A stretch of 64,000 nucleotides of DNA from an uncultured Lentimicrobiaceae bacterium (GCA_964652685.1 CAZZBS010000001.1:1298-65297), one strand, 5' to 3'. Counted from the first letter of the stretch, positions 47,791 to 57,271 are shown. Made by a program: numbers and translations. Notes: generated by a model not told the origin, from the sequence alone.

Positions 47791-48255
47791 CTATTTTATT
47801 TTTGGCTCAGGCCATCCTTTTTCGTCAACGTCATGGATCGGGTCCAGCAGCAGAACATCACGCATATCGGCGTACCGGCGAAACAATGGTTTTTTGACTA
47901 AAATTTCCGAATAAACTTTTTCTGCCTTCAGTCCCTCGGGGGTTAGTGCCGGTCTATCCTGCCCGGTGGGATCTTTTTCGAGAATGATCTCATTGGCTCT
48001 GAGTTCATCGATGAATTCAATGATATACTTTTCCATATTCTGTGCGGCATCACCAAAGATCTCTTGTAGCAGGTGAATGATCTGTAAAGAATGGGCACCC
48101 TTCACGATCAGGTCCCAGATAACCGGTCCGATGCCGTCAAAGCTGTAATAGAAACCGTTTTTAAGGTTCATGATAATGGTTTCCCCCTCAATGGTTTCAT
48201 GAATCACATAGGGAGCATTTAGCTCATATAGTTTGTTTTGAAGCGAGGTGTCCAT
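47791..48255 (-). CDS. PqqD-family protein (RiPP-recognition-element-like)
   Basis: 154 aa. VIHETIEGETIIMNLKNGFYYSFDGIGPVIWDLIVKGAHSLQIIHLLQEIFGDAAQNMEKYIIEFIDELRANEIILE follows the PqqD beta-strands plus helical-bundle pattern. Confidence 0.75.
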   Translation of the reverse strand: MDTSLQNKLYELNAPYVIHETIEGETIIMNLKNGFYYSFDGIGPVIWDLIVKGAHSLQIIHLLQEIFGDAAQNMEKYIIEFIDELRANEIILEKDPTGQDRPALTPEGLKAEKVYSEILVKKPLFRRYADMRDVLLLDPIHDVDEKGWPEPKIK

Positions 48256-48306
48256 GGCAGAATGAGAATTTCCTGAGTACGAACTTTTATAATTACTGAT
48301 TTATTT

Positions 48307-49284
48307 TCATTCACACGCGATAAGCATTCTTACATGATTCATTTCCAGGTGTGAGAACTTCTTTTCCTTCAGCGCAGAGATCAGATTCAGAAGACCGGTT
48401 TCCAGTGCGGTTTCATGTCGCCATCCAAGGATCCTCTCAGCGCGTTCGGGAGAGCCATAGAAACGACCGACATCATATTGCCGGGGGTTGGCCATCACGA
48501 TATCTGAATGGCTGCTGGTCAGGTCAAGGATCATGTGTGCCAGTTCCAACAGGGTTGTCGGCCGACCGGTGACGAAATGAACCGGTTCCAGGCTTATTTC
48601 CTGATGCCACAGGAATTTCATCGTCATAAGAATACCTCTCAGCACCTCATTCAGGTAAGTAAAATCAAATGTGTTTTCACCACCATCCACTCTGAGGGGG
48701 CTCCCTGCAAGGGCTGCAAGAATAAACGCGGGTACCACCCGGTCATGGTAATCATTGGTCCCGCCGAATACATTGGAAAAGCGGAGAATGGCTGCTTGCA
48801 AGCCTTCTGATCTTACAGCTTCAGTGACCGCTACCTCACTTTGGGCTTTGGTTTCACCGTACAGATTGATGGGAGCCAGGGGTTGTGTTTCCGAAACCGG
48901 CAGCACCGGAACATTACCATATACTTCACGGCTGCTGGAGAATATAAGCCATGGCCTCTCCTTTTGCCGGAGAATAGCATGGATGACATTGTGAATGCCT
49001 TTCAGGTTAACATCCTGACATAGTTCCGGATTCATCTCGCCATAGATTACCCTGGAGATTGCTGCCAGGTGGACCACCCCGGAGCAACCCCTGACAGCCT
49101 GTTCAACGGCGTCGGCATCCCGGATGTCTCCAAAGGCCGGTCCTGTTTCCAGGATATCAAATCCTTTTACAGAAATACCCTGCTTCTGAAGCATGTCCAG
49201 CAACGCCACGCCGATAAGGCCACAGGAACCGGTAACCAAGACCGGCTTCCCATTATTTCCCCGGTAATTGTGAGTATAGGTCAT
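48307..49284 (-). CDS. NAD-dependent sugar epimerase/dehydratase (extended SDR)
   Basis: VLVTGSCGLIGVAL (GxxGxxG) and catalytic YGETK. Confidence 0.85.
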   Translation of the reverse strand: MTYTHNYRGNNGKPVLVTGSCGLIGVALLDMLQKQGISVKGFDILETGPAFGDIRDADAVEQAVRGCSGVVHLAAISRVIYGEMNPELCQDVNLKGIHNVIHAILRQKERPWLIFSSSREVYGNVPVLPVSETQPLAPINLYGETKAQSEVAVTEAVRSEGLQAAILRFSNVFGGTNDYHDRVVPAFILAALAGSPLRVDGGENTFDFTYLNEVLRGILMTMKFLWHQEISLEPVHFVTGRPTTLLELAHMILDLTSSHSDIVMANPRQYDVGRFYGSPERAERILGWRHETALETGLLNLISALKEKKFSHLEMNHVRMLIACE

Positions 49285-49393
49285 TGAATGGTTGTTAATG
49301 CTGATTACGGCTTTTTCTCCGAGATGACATTCAACCGTATGATTCTAATAGTGGATTTCCTGTTGAACTGCCAACCGGCCGGATCTCGTTTTG

Positions 49394-49401
49394 CAAATGT
49401 A
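49394..49401 (-). promoter_or_regulatory. Candidate -7 box (TACATTTG on minus strand)
   Basis: Plus strand reads caaatgta. It lies in the only large (161 bp) gap of the minus-strand operon, about 110 nt upstream of the epimerase start. Confidence 0.25.
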
Positions 49402-49445
49402 TCATTTTATTCGGGATTCTTCCATGACCCACCGCGAATTTTCCT

Positions 49446-51446
49446 CTATTCCTGGCTTTCAGGAGGATAAAGCTTCAGCGCAACCGCCTGGATCAAAGTA
49501 TCAATTTCCGGATTTGGCTGGTCAGTTAAACAGCGGTAATAACAATTGACAGCCTCTTCATATTCACCCATGGCATAATAGGTCATCCCAAGTATCTTTA
49601 ACGAACTTCTGAACAAGGGGTAAATCCTGAGCGCCTCCTGGAAAAGCTTCACAGCTCCGGGGTAATCCTCCTGCATATAATGTACGGTTGCCAGGTCATG
49701 CAACACCGGAACCGACCAGGGATTCTGTTCTAAAGCATGTTCGAGATCCCTTCTGGCCTCTCCGAATATTACCTGGCGCATACTGCTGTCAACCTGAGAA
49801 GTGCCAGTCTGCATCAGACTGTCTATCCTTTCCATACCCAACCGCATGTTGGCATTTCCCCTGAACCATAAAAGGGGCTTATTGGTTTGGTCAAGCGGGG
49901 CCCATTGGCTGTAACCAAGGTCAATGGCAAGTATGACGGTGCGCCACTGACCGGACATCTGCGCCGCATAAGCATAATTTGTATAGGTCTCTGCTTTGAT
50001 CATTTTCCGGGCTGTATGGAGCCCAAACACCAGGAATATGGCGGCAACCAGCAGAAACCACTTCCCGGTGGTTCTTAACGGCTTAATCTCCCTGCCGGAT
50101 ACTGTCAGCTGTATCCATAGAATTACAGAAACAAAGAACATCATAAACATCTGAATATCTACCCGCTCATACGGAAACGAAAAGGAGGCATCCACACAGT
50201 ACCCGGCCAGACCGGCCATCATCATGATAACCAGTATCTTTTGCCCAGGCTGTATGGATTTCCGCAAGACACCAAGAGAGGTTATTAGTACGGTGATAAA
50301 AAATCCAAGATAGAGCAGTAGCCCCGGAACGCCCTTTTCCACCAAAACCCAGATATAATCATTATGCGGCCGACGCCAGTTGTGATAATAACTCTCATCC
50401 GGATTGGGCTGATAGTAATCAGGCACACAGATCTTCCAGTTGCCGGCCCCGACCCCCAGTACCGGGTGTTCTGCAACCATGTTCAGGGTTTGCTCCCAAA
50501 TGTCCAACCTCTTGATCCTGGTTGGGGAGGAGGTGCTAAAAATCGAAGCAGCCCGCTTACCCAGGTTATCTGTTTTTTCCAAGGTCCTTGGAGGCGCTGT
50601 CCTTAAAGGATTCCTGGTGGAAAAACTGCTGACGAGAAATGCGAAAATGAACGCCGCCAATAGTATGCCCACCCCCAGAAACAGGCTCCGTCTTAATTCC
50701 AGGTTATGCTTCAGTTTGATATCCTGACGAAAAATAAAACCCAAAACAGCACTTATCAGCATAAAAACAAATAATGCAAGCCAGATCGACCTTGTCTGTA
50801 TGATCATTAAAAGAGAGATACTGAGGAACATTGCCATGCCGGTAATGATCCGAAGGCCTTTGACAGAAGTCAGCAATGCATAACCCAGGATCGGTATGAC
50901 CAGGTAGAGAATCCCGGAAAATACATTTTTATGGGACATGAGGCCGTTTACCTTGTACATCATACTGAAATCTGTCTGACGGAAGGCATGGGTGAAGTAC
51001 TGGTAATACCCGATGGTTGCAAAAGCAAGGGTCAACAGGATGGCCGATATGATGAAGGGCCGGATATTGTTTGTCCTGAAGAGGATGGCAGCCGTTATGA
51101 CAAGATAAAGCAATGACAGGGTAAGCCGCAGAATATCGAACCAGCCTTCAAGCGGATTGATGGCCGCAAACAAGGAGATGACCGATAGAATGATGAAGCC
51201 GGTCCAGAACCACACTGGCCACGACCTGAACAAGACGCCGACCTGCATCTGCAACTTCCTGAAAACAAGAAAGACCAGGACATAAAACAGCATCAAAATG
51301 GCCAGCGCCATGAATTTTGGCACCAGGGTGGGATCTACCACCGGTTTATAATAAAAAAAAGGGATAAACAAAAAGGAGGACAATGCATATAACCAGGTCA
51401 GCCATGCCGGAAATTTTACCTCCTGACTTTTCTTTTGTTTTGCCAT
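49446..51446 (-). CDS. O-antigen ligase/polymerase-like (Wzy_C) membrane protein fused to C-terminal TPR repeats
   Basis: At least 10 TM segments. IIQTRSIWLALFVFMLI is Wzy_C-like. The C-terminal 170 or so residues have TPR signatures (YPGAVKLFQEALRIYP, MGEYEEAVNCYYRCL). Confidence 0.8.
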   Translation of the reverse strand: MAKQKKSQEVKFPAWLTWLYALSSFLFIPFFYYKPVVDPTLVPKFMALAILMLFYVLVFLVFRKLQMQVGVLFRSWPVWFWTGFIILSVISLFAAINPLEGWFDILRLTLSLLYLVITAAILFRTNNIRPFIISAILLTLAFATIGYYQYFTHAFRQTDFSMMYKVNGLMSHKNVFSGILYLVIPILGYALLTSVKGLRIITGMAMFLSISLLMIIQTRSIWLALFVFMLISAVLGFIFRQDIKLKHNLELRRSLFLGVGILLAAFIFAFLVSSFSTRNPLRTAPPRTLEKTDNLGKRAASIFSTSSPTRIKRLDIWEQTLNMVAEHPVLGVGAGNWKICVPDYYQPNPDESYYHNWRRPHNDYIWVLVEKGVPGLLLYLGFFITVLITSLGVLRKSIQPGQKILVIMMMAGLAGYCVDASFSFPYERVDIQMFMMFFVSVILWIQLTVSGREIKPLRTTGKWFLLVAAIFLVFGLHTARKMIKAETYTNYAYAAQMSGQWRTVILAIDLGYSQWAPLDQTNKPLLWFRGNANMRLGMERIDSLMQTGTSQVDSSMRQVIFGEARRDLEHALEQNPWSVPVLHDLATVHYMQEDYPGAVKLFQEALRIYPLFRSSLKILGMTYYAMGEYEEAVNCYYRCLTDQPNPEIDTLIQAVALKLYPPESQE

Positions 51447-51491
51447 TGTAAATCAATGTAAATGAAGGATATATGTACTTTAATGGTTGAA

Positions 51492-52484
51492 CTACCGTAC
51501 AGATTGTTTTGTCAAAAAAAGAATGGTTTTGAGCCGGAAACAGAAACCGGTCAAAAACAGGGCAGCCATGAGAAGAAACAGATTCCCCCTTGCTTTATAC
51601 ACCACTTTCATCCAGCGGTTAAGCAACACAGAAAACAAAGCCCATCTGTCAAACAACGGATTTCCTGCTGTGGCTGATGCAATACGTAACAACCAGGAGC
51701 GGTATTGCTTGATCTCTGAAAAGGAGGTTACCCTGTCCGCCCCTTTTAATGCAAGATGGATGGCAAGGTCTTCCGTCGAAGGTTCAATACCAATATCATT
51801 CAGGATAATTTGAAATACCCTCAGGTTGATCCTGTTAATGACTTCCGCATTCCGGATTATAATACTGCCTGTGTGTCTCCTGTACAAGGTAAGGTATTCC
51901 TGCATAATGCAGCCGGCACCGCTGTTGAGCATTTTCCACCACAACACATAGTCCTCCACCATGTCCAATCCCTCGGGAAACCTGAAGCCGTGTAATTTTT
52001 CCTGACGGAATACCACAGAGGAATTCACAAAACAATTATGGAAAATCATACGGGGCAACAACCTCTTCCTCCCGAAATGCATGGGCCATTTTCCGATTTC
52101 CCGATCCTTTTCATCGATTAATATCACAGAGGTGCCTGCAAATCCAAGCACAGGGTTTTTCCTGAGGAAATCAATCTGTTTCTGATATTTGGCGGGATGG
52201 GCAAGGTCATCCGAATCGAAAAATGAAATGAATTCTCCCTGTGCCATATCCAGGCCTGCATTCCTGCAATACACAATACCCCTGTTCCTTTCATTGTACC
52301 GGCAACAGATCCGTGGATCAAGAAAATCTTTCATGAGCTGAGGTGTCTGATCGGTGGAACCATCATCGATGATGATCAGCTCAAATTGCCTGAATGTCTG
52401 ATTCAACAAGGAATCAACAGCGGCCTGGATAAAATCCTGCACATTGTAAGCCAGCATAATAATACTCAAATCCACCCTGTTCAT
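51492..52484 (-). CDS. GT2 glycosyltransferase with C-terminal hydrophobic tail
   Basis: LSIIMLAYNVQDFIQAAVDSLLNQTFRQFELIIIDDGSTDQT and FFDSDDLAH. ATG at 52484. Confidence 0.85.
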   Translation of the reverse strand: MNRVDLSIIMLAYNVQDFIQAAVDSLLNQTFRQFELIIIDDGSTDQTPQLMKDFLDPRICCRYNERNRGIVYCRNAGLDMAQGEFISFFDSDDLAHPAKYQKQIDFLRKNPVLGFAGTSVILIDEKDREIGKWPMHFGRKRLLPRMIFHNCFVNSSVVFRQEKLHGFRFPEGLDMVEDYVLWWKMLNSGAGCIMQEYLTLYRRHTGSIIIRNAEVINRINLRVFQIILNDIGIEPSTEDLAIHLALKGADRVTSFSEIKQYRSWLLRIASATAGNPLFDRWALFSVLLNRWMKVVYKARGNLFLLMAALFLTGFCFRLKTILFLTKQSVR

Positions 52485-52635
52485 ACCGCGTTTCAACCAC
52501 AATGAATACCTGGGCTAAAGTACAACTTCTTGTCACATCCTGCCGGGTAGATCATATAATTGTCATACCTGTCCTGTGAGAACAACATTATTTGTAATTT
52601 AACACCCCCTTAAATAAAAAGCTACCAGGAAGCTT

Positions 52636-54678
52636 GTGAACAAGGAAATACTTGATATATCGGTTATTGCGGCAAATTTCAACAATGAGCCATTTCTGGA
52701 TGATTTTTTCAGCAGCATCCTTGATTCTTCTGTCAGACCCAAAGAACTGATCATTGTTGATGACGGATCTACAGACAAATCACTGGATGTCATTGGAAAA
52801 TATCTTTCTCATCCATTCATCAGACTGATCAGGCATGAAACGAACCTGGGCTTTGCCCATGCGCTTAATTCAGGCATCAGGGCGGCAACAGGCAAATACA
52901 TAGCCCGTATCGACCCGGATGATATCATGCTGCCCGACCGCCTGCAAAAACAATACGACTTCCTTGAGCAACACCCTGATATCGACCTTGTTGGGGGTAA
53001 TGTGATATATTTCAACAGTACATCTGGTAAAGACATCTCTGTATCAAACTTCCCAATCGGTCATAAACGGATTTTGGCAGCCTACCATGCCGGTGACCAC
53101 GGAGTTCAGCACCCAACCATCTTTGTCAGAACAGAGACTTTAGTGAAATATATCTATAACCAGGAAACCTATCCTGCAGAAGATTATAACTTGTTAGCCA
53201 CAATGATACGGGATGGCTGCAGATTCGCTAATCTGAAAGAACCTGTCAACCGAATGAGGATTCATGCCGGTAGCATCTCCAGTAAGATCAGTTATGAAAC
53301 GATTGAGAGTACCTTCGCCATGAGGGACGAGATCTTCAACATGAAATCCACAACCTGGCGTAAAAAACAGTATTTCAGGTTCATTATCAATTATCGCAGA
53401 TATCTCCTTTCCGAAAATCCCCTGATGCGGTTATTTTATGTCTCAAAGGCCGCTTTCTTCCATCCTGAAAAAGCAATACAAAGGTTCTTGTCCGATATCC
53501 CGTTCGGCATCAGGTTCTCATACTACCTGTTCCTCCTCCTTTTTTTTACCGATGAAATTGTGCGTTTTTTTGTAAAGGCCCCTGTCTTCGTTTCCGGTGG
53601 TCTGATACTGCTTATCTATCATCTGATCCTCATCAAACAATCAAAGCAATTCGATTGGAAACCATTTGCGGCTATTGCAGCCTTCCTTGTCGTTGCCACC
53701 TTTCATCTGTTCTATTCTGGTTTTCACCAGAGAAATATCTCCGACCTTTTCTTTATCCTGTTGTTCTTCACAAGTTACCTCCTTTACAGCAGGTATCCTG
53801 AAGCCCTGTCGAAAAAGATGGTTTTGGCATTTTTCGCCTGCAGCCTGATCCTTTTCATCCCTGCTTTCTTCGGAGTCAATCCCAGGCAGACACATATCTG
53901 GATTGATCCCAACAACCTTGAATCCTACAGGAAATATTTCCAGGGATTCTTCTGTCAACCTCATATCGGATCCTATTTCTTTGGTTTTCTTGGGCTGTTC
54001 TTTGGCTATCAGTATACCCGGTCTAAAACAATCAAGTGGTTGGCAATGATGCTGTTCTGCTTCATTATCAGCTTCTGGACAGGCTCAAGAACTTTCCTGG
54101 CAGCTGCAGCCCTGCCAACGATCTTCCTACTCATTATCCGGAAGAAATGGATCATCATCGCCGCTTTGACAGTCATCGGCATATCTGTGATCGCCTTGAT
54201 CGATCCATTGCTTAAACTGACCTATGACACCGTGTTTTTTCAATATTTCACCTTTGTTAAAACCTCTCTTAACCATCCGGAGAATTTATCAAGGATCATG
54301 ATCTGGAGATCATGGTTCGGTGAGATAGGAAAGTTTAATATCCTTGACTGGCTCACCGGCAAATCGTTCATTGCCTCCATATATGCCAATCAGGCAAATC
54401 CTGTGATCTGGGCAAAAGATGCCTGGTTTCATAACGATTTCCTGAGTATCCTTTTTTCATATGGCATTGTCTGTTTCGCACTGTATGTGGCATTTATCAT
54501 CCGTATTTATACCAGGTACAAAGAGGCAATTCGGACATCAGCCTTCATCTTCATCTTTTACTTCGCCATGGTGCTGACAGCATTTATTAACGGCCTGTAT
54601 TATTATTACCCTGTATTCCTGCTGGTCCTGTTCATTGAAATGGCAAACCGTCAGCACGTTAAACTCCGCAGACCTTGA
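52636..54678 (+). CDS. Fusion of a GT2 glycosyltransferase to a polytopic Wzy_C/O-antigen-polymerase-like domain
   Basis: GTG start. ISVIAANFNNEPFLDDFFSSIL...LIIVDDGSTDKS...RIDPDDIM. From about residue 290 there are 10 or more TM segments, including FWTGSRTFLAAAALPTIFLLII. Confidence 0.8.
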   Translation: MNKEILDISVIAANFNNEPFLDDFFSSILDSSVRPKELIIVDDGSTDKSLDVIGKYLSHPFIRLIRHETNLGFAHALNSGIRAATGKYIARIDPDDIMLPDRLQKQYDFLEQHPDIDLVGGNVIYFNSTSGKDISVSNFPIGHKRILAAYHAGDHGVQHPTIFVRTETLVKYIYNQETYPAEDYNLLATMIRDGCRFANLKEPVNRMRIHAGSISSKISYETIESTFAMRDEIFNMKSTTWRKKQYFRFIINYRRYLLSENPLMRLFYVSKAAFFHPEKAIQRFLSDIPFGIRFSYYLFLLLFFTDEIVRFFVKAPVFVSGGLILLIYHLILIKQSKQFDWKPFAAIAAFLVVATFHLFYSGFHQRNISDLFFILLFFTSYLLYSRYPEALSKKMVLAFFACSLILFIPAFFGVNPRQTHIWIDPNNLESYRKYFQGFFCQPHIGSYFFGFLGLFFGYQYTRSKTIKWLAMMLFCFIISFWTGSRTFLAAAALPTIFLLIIRKKWIIIAALTVIGISVIALIDPLLKLTYDTVFFQYFTFVKTSLNHPENLSRIMIWRSWFGEIGKFNILDWLTGKSFIASIYANQANPVIWAKDAWFHNDFLSILFSYGIVCFALYVAFIIRIYTRYKEAIRTSAFIFIFYFAMVLTAFINGLYYYYPVFLLVLFIEMANRQHVKLRRP

Positions 54679-54789
54679 TTTAGCTGGCATTAAGAAAAGG
54701 GTAGCTTTTCAGGCTCCTGGTTAAAGGATCTTCTCTTTGATGTGATCATCCTGAAAGTCCCAGCCACCTGATCCGGGATGGTTGTCTGG

Positions 54790-55935
54790 TCATGACCGGG
54801 AATGCTTGTACCTGATTCTCCTGGTAAGATAATACCAAACGATGATGATACGGTTTTTCCCTTTTGTCCGGAACCGTATAAATTGCAAAAAACCAAACAT
54901 CTGCCGGAAAAAACCCTTTTTATCAGATTGTCGCAGATACTCTACCAACAGCAGGTGGATCTTACCCCGGAAACCTTCAGGGATCATATCCGGGTTCTTT
55001 TGGTCATAACGATAGATCAAACGTTCAGCAAAGGTTATGGGTATCATTTCAAGATCATCCATGACCCTGGCAGGGATGGGTGCTTTGAAATGGCAGAGAA
55101 GATAATCCAGCGCTTCCCTGATCTGTAATACAACTTTATACTTTCTAACCTGCTGTGCAAACCTGTTCCAGTCTATCGGATATTCTTCCGAACGAAGCAT
55201 GACCAGTGCATCGGCGATCCACCGGATGGGTGGCTCCGGATTCCATTTCAGTCCGTGAAGGATCACATGTAACAGGTTGTCCGCAGAGCCAAGGGCATGT
55301 GTCTGTATCTCCATAAAATTCAACGGAATGGCATGGTCCCAGAAATCACGGTCATTGCCCTGCCCAAGCGACTCGAAAAAGGGATACCAGTGCAGATCAA
55401 ACTCAACTCCCTCTTCATTGTAAAACATCATACTCCTGCCATAGCGAAGGTTGTATTCAATATACTCTTCATAATCAGCCTTCCAACCCGCTGTATGCAA
55501 TAATGCGATCCCATCGGTGGCCCTATTCCTGGGGATCAGTACATCAATATCTGCCATCGGCCTTGCCCCGAGGTCTTTATAGTATTGTAAAGCCAGAACA
55601 GGCCCTTTCAGCAACAGGGTTGGGATTCCATCATCATGGAAGAGATTCAGGAATTGCCTGGATCGATGGAACAGGTTTACATTTTTATACCAGGCATGCC
55701 GGTAGATGCCTTTCAGCTTCATCATGCGCGGGTCCCCGACACCAAGCCTTGCAAGATTCCGATACAGGAGCGGCAACAAACGGAATGAACCGTGATCAAG
55801 AAACGCTTCCTCATTCCATGATTCAATCCATTGCTTCCAGGCCGACCGTGCTTCATCACCATTCAGCAGAGCCGCTTTGAGCAACCATTCCTGATGCTCA
55901 TCCGGCCAGGGAGCCACTCCTTTGGGTATCGTCAT
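54790..55935 (-). CDS. Nucleotidyltransferase family protein (NTP_transf_5 / PF14907-like)
   Basis: LLLKGPVLALQYYKDLGARPMADIDVLIPRNRA, then FDLHW and LLHVILHGLKWN. ATG at 55935; the listed GTG at 55959 is also possible. Confidence 0.8.
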   Translation of the reverse strand: MTIPKGVAPWPDEHQEWLLKAALLNGDEARSAWKQWIESWNEEAFLDHGSFRLLPLLYRNLARLGVGDPRMMKLKGIYRHAWYKNVNLFHRSRQFLNLFHDDGIPTLLLKGPVLALQYYKDLGARPMADIDVLIPRNRATDGIALLHTAGWKADYEEYIEYNLRYGRSMMFYNEEGVEFDLHWYPFFESLGQGNDRDFWDHAIPLNFMEIQTHALGSADNLLHVILHGLKWNPEPPIRWIADALVMLRSEEYPIDWNRFAQQVRKYKVVLQIREALDYLLCHFKAPIPARVMDDLEMIPITFAERLIYRYDQKNPDMIPEGFRGKIHLLLVEYLRQSDKKGFFRQMFGFLQFIRFRTKGKNRIIIVWYYLTRRIRYKHSRS

Positions 55936-56007
55936 AAACCAGATCTTTATTGCCTGCACGGATTGGAGATGGAATGCAAATCATCAGCTCCTGCAGGATC
56001 AGGTGCA

Positions 56008-56015
56008 CAAAAATA
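56008..56015 (-). promoter_or_regulatory. Candidate -7 box (TATTTTTG on minus strand)
   Basis: Plus strand reads caaaaata. 49-73 nt upstream of the two candidate starts. Confidence 0.3.
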
Positions 56016-56060
56016 CAATAAACTTCGCTTACCCCGGGCACTGACCTGTCAAAAAGCATG

Positions 56061-57239
56061 TTACTCCTTTTCCCGATCCTGCAACAACTCACCGCCAAGG
56101 TATTCAGCAAGCAGCCGGTAGGTCGCTCCGTTGGGATGCCTGTCATACCGGCCTATCCTGTGCTGCATGTTGGTCTGATAATCAGGGATGATCTGCTTGA
56201 TATCATGGATTATGATGCCCTCTCTTCGCATTGCATCAAAAATAAACGTGTCTTCACCCATTGACCAATCCCAAAGTAATATATGAAAATCTGCTCCCGG
56301 AAATTTCCTGTCTACCCATCTTTTCGACTGCCTGACAACGGTTAGGAAAAGTTGCTTTTCCTCTTCATGCAATGCCCGTTGGTAATTAAAAATCTTCCTG
56401 CAGAACGCCGACCGGCCCAGAATTCCGGTCCGTAGCCTGTATCGTTTTATATTACGATTGAAATTGCCAGCATGAACCGCATTCCCTTTTTCATCCAACA
56501 CATACATGGGTCCACTGATATCCCAACTCCAGTAGCCGATCACACGGTAGGCATGTTCAGGATAATTCATGAGCAGGATAATGTGTTCAGGGTCTTCATC
56601 AATCAAGGTATCCACCATCCCAAATTCCAGTAATGCAAGCATATGCTGCGGACCATAGCCGTACACCCCGAAATTGTAAACCCTGTACCGGTCACCTGTC
56701 ACGTTCTTGAACTGGTACGGCAAGGTCAGACTGTCATCCACACCTTCCCCATAAGTGAGCGAATTACCGAAAAACAGAACAGATCGCGGACAGGAAGCGG
56801 AACATCTCGGAGTAATACGCAACCCCATACTGTCAACAGTGATCCTCGCTTCATACACCCGTTCACCATTAACCATTTTCCTGGCCAGACGGGATGTATT
56901 CCGGGTGAGCTTCCACCCAAGGATGGAATCCGGCTCAGATTCATACACATCTTCGAGCACCTCAGAGCGGATAAAGGTGCCATGCCTCTTCTCAAGGTAA
57001 ATACAACCCCCTTCAACAAACCCAATGATCAGGAAGATGACACCCAGGTTGAATCCAACAATCCTGTACCTTTTGTCCTTTCCGGTAAAAAGCAGAAACC
57101 AGCAAGGGACAGAGAGAAGAACCGGGCTGATAAGAAAGGGTATTACGGTCAGAGAAAAAGATAGCACCGATAGTACAATCATTACCAATAACAACCCTAT
57201 AAACCCCCACCCCACTCTGAAACCTCTGATATTCTTCAT
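56061..57239 (-). CDS. Membrane-anchored SGNH/AlgJ-DltD-like esterase or O-acyltransferase
   Basis: Three N-terminal TM segments. VLFFGNSLTYGEG (block I-like), YNFGVYGYG, and C-terminal YDRHPNGATYRLLAEYL (D-x-H as in AlgJ/AlgX-type SGNH). Confidence 0.5.
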   Translation of the reverse strand: MKNIRGFRVGWGFIGLLLVMIVLSVLSFSLTVIPFLISPVLLSVPCWFLLFTGKDKRYRIVGFNLGVIFLIIGFVEGGCIYLEKRHGTFIRSEVLEDVYESEPDSILGWKLTRNTSRLARKMVNGERVYEARITVDSMGLRITPRCSASCPRSVLFFGNSLTYGEGVDDSLTLPYQFKNVTGDRYRVYNFGVYGYGPQHMLALLEFGMVDTLIDEDPEHIILLMNYPEHAYRVIGYWSWDISGPMYVLDEKGNAVHAGNFNRNIKRYRLRTGILGRSAFCRKIFNYQRALHEEEKQLFLTVVRQSKRWVDRKFPGADFHILLWDWSMGEDTFIFDAMRREGIIIHDIKQIIPDYQTNMQHRIGRYDRHPNGATYRLLAEYLGGELLQDREKE

Positions 57240-57263
57240 GTTAAAACATCATGCAATGGGTGT

Positions 57264-57271
57264 CAAAATTA
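57264..57271 (-). promoter_or_regulatory. Candidate -7 box (TAATTTTG on minus strand)
   Basis: Plus strand reads caaaatta. 25 nt upstream of the ATG at 57239. Confidence 0.3.

Noticed and set aside
49331-49405. 24-aa minus-strand ORF (MIHLQNEIRPVGSSTGNPLLESYG) in the only large gap of the PqqD operon. I considered it as a RiPP precursor candidate.
   Set aside because: There is no independent support: no conserved leader/core features and no evident ribosome-binding context. Its ATG lies upstream of the transcription start implied by the candidate -7 box at 49394-49401. It is only worth re-checking if orthologous loci conserve it.
40799-55959. Interpretation as a bona fide lasso-peptide biosynthetic cluster.
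   Set aside because: No asparagine-synthetase-like cyclase, no transglutaminase-like leader protease and no precursor gene are visible anywhere in the 64 kb. Only the accessory-type genes are present.
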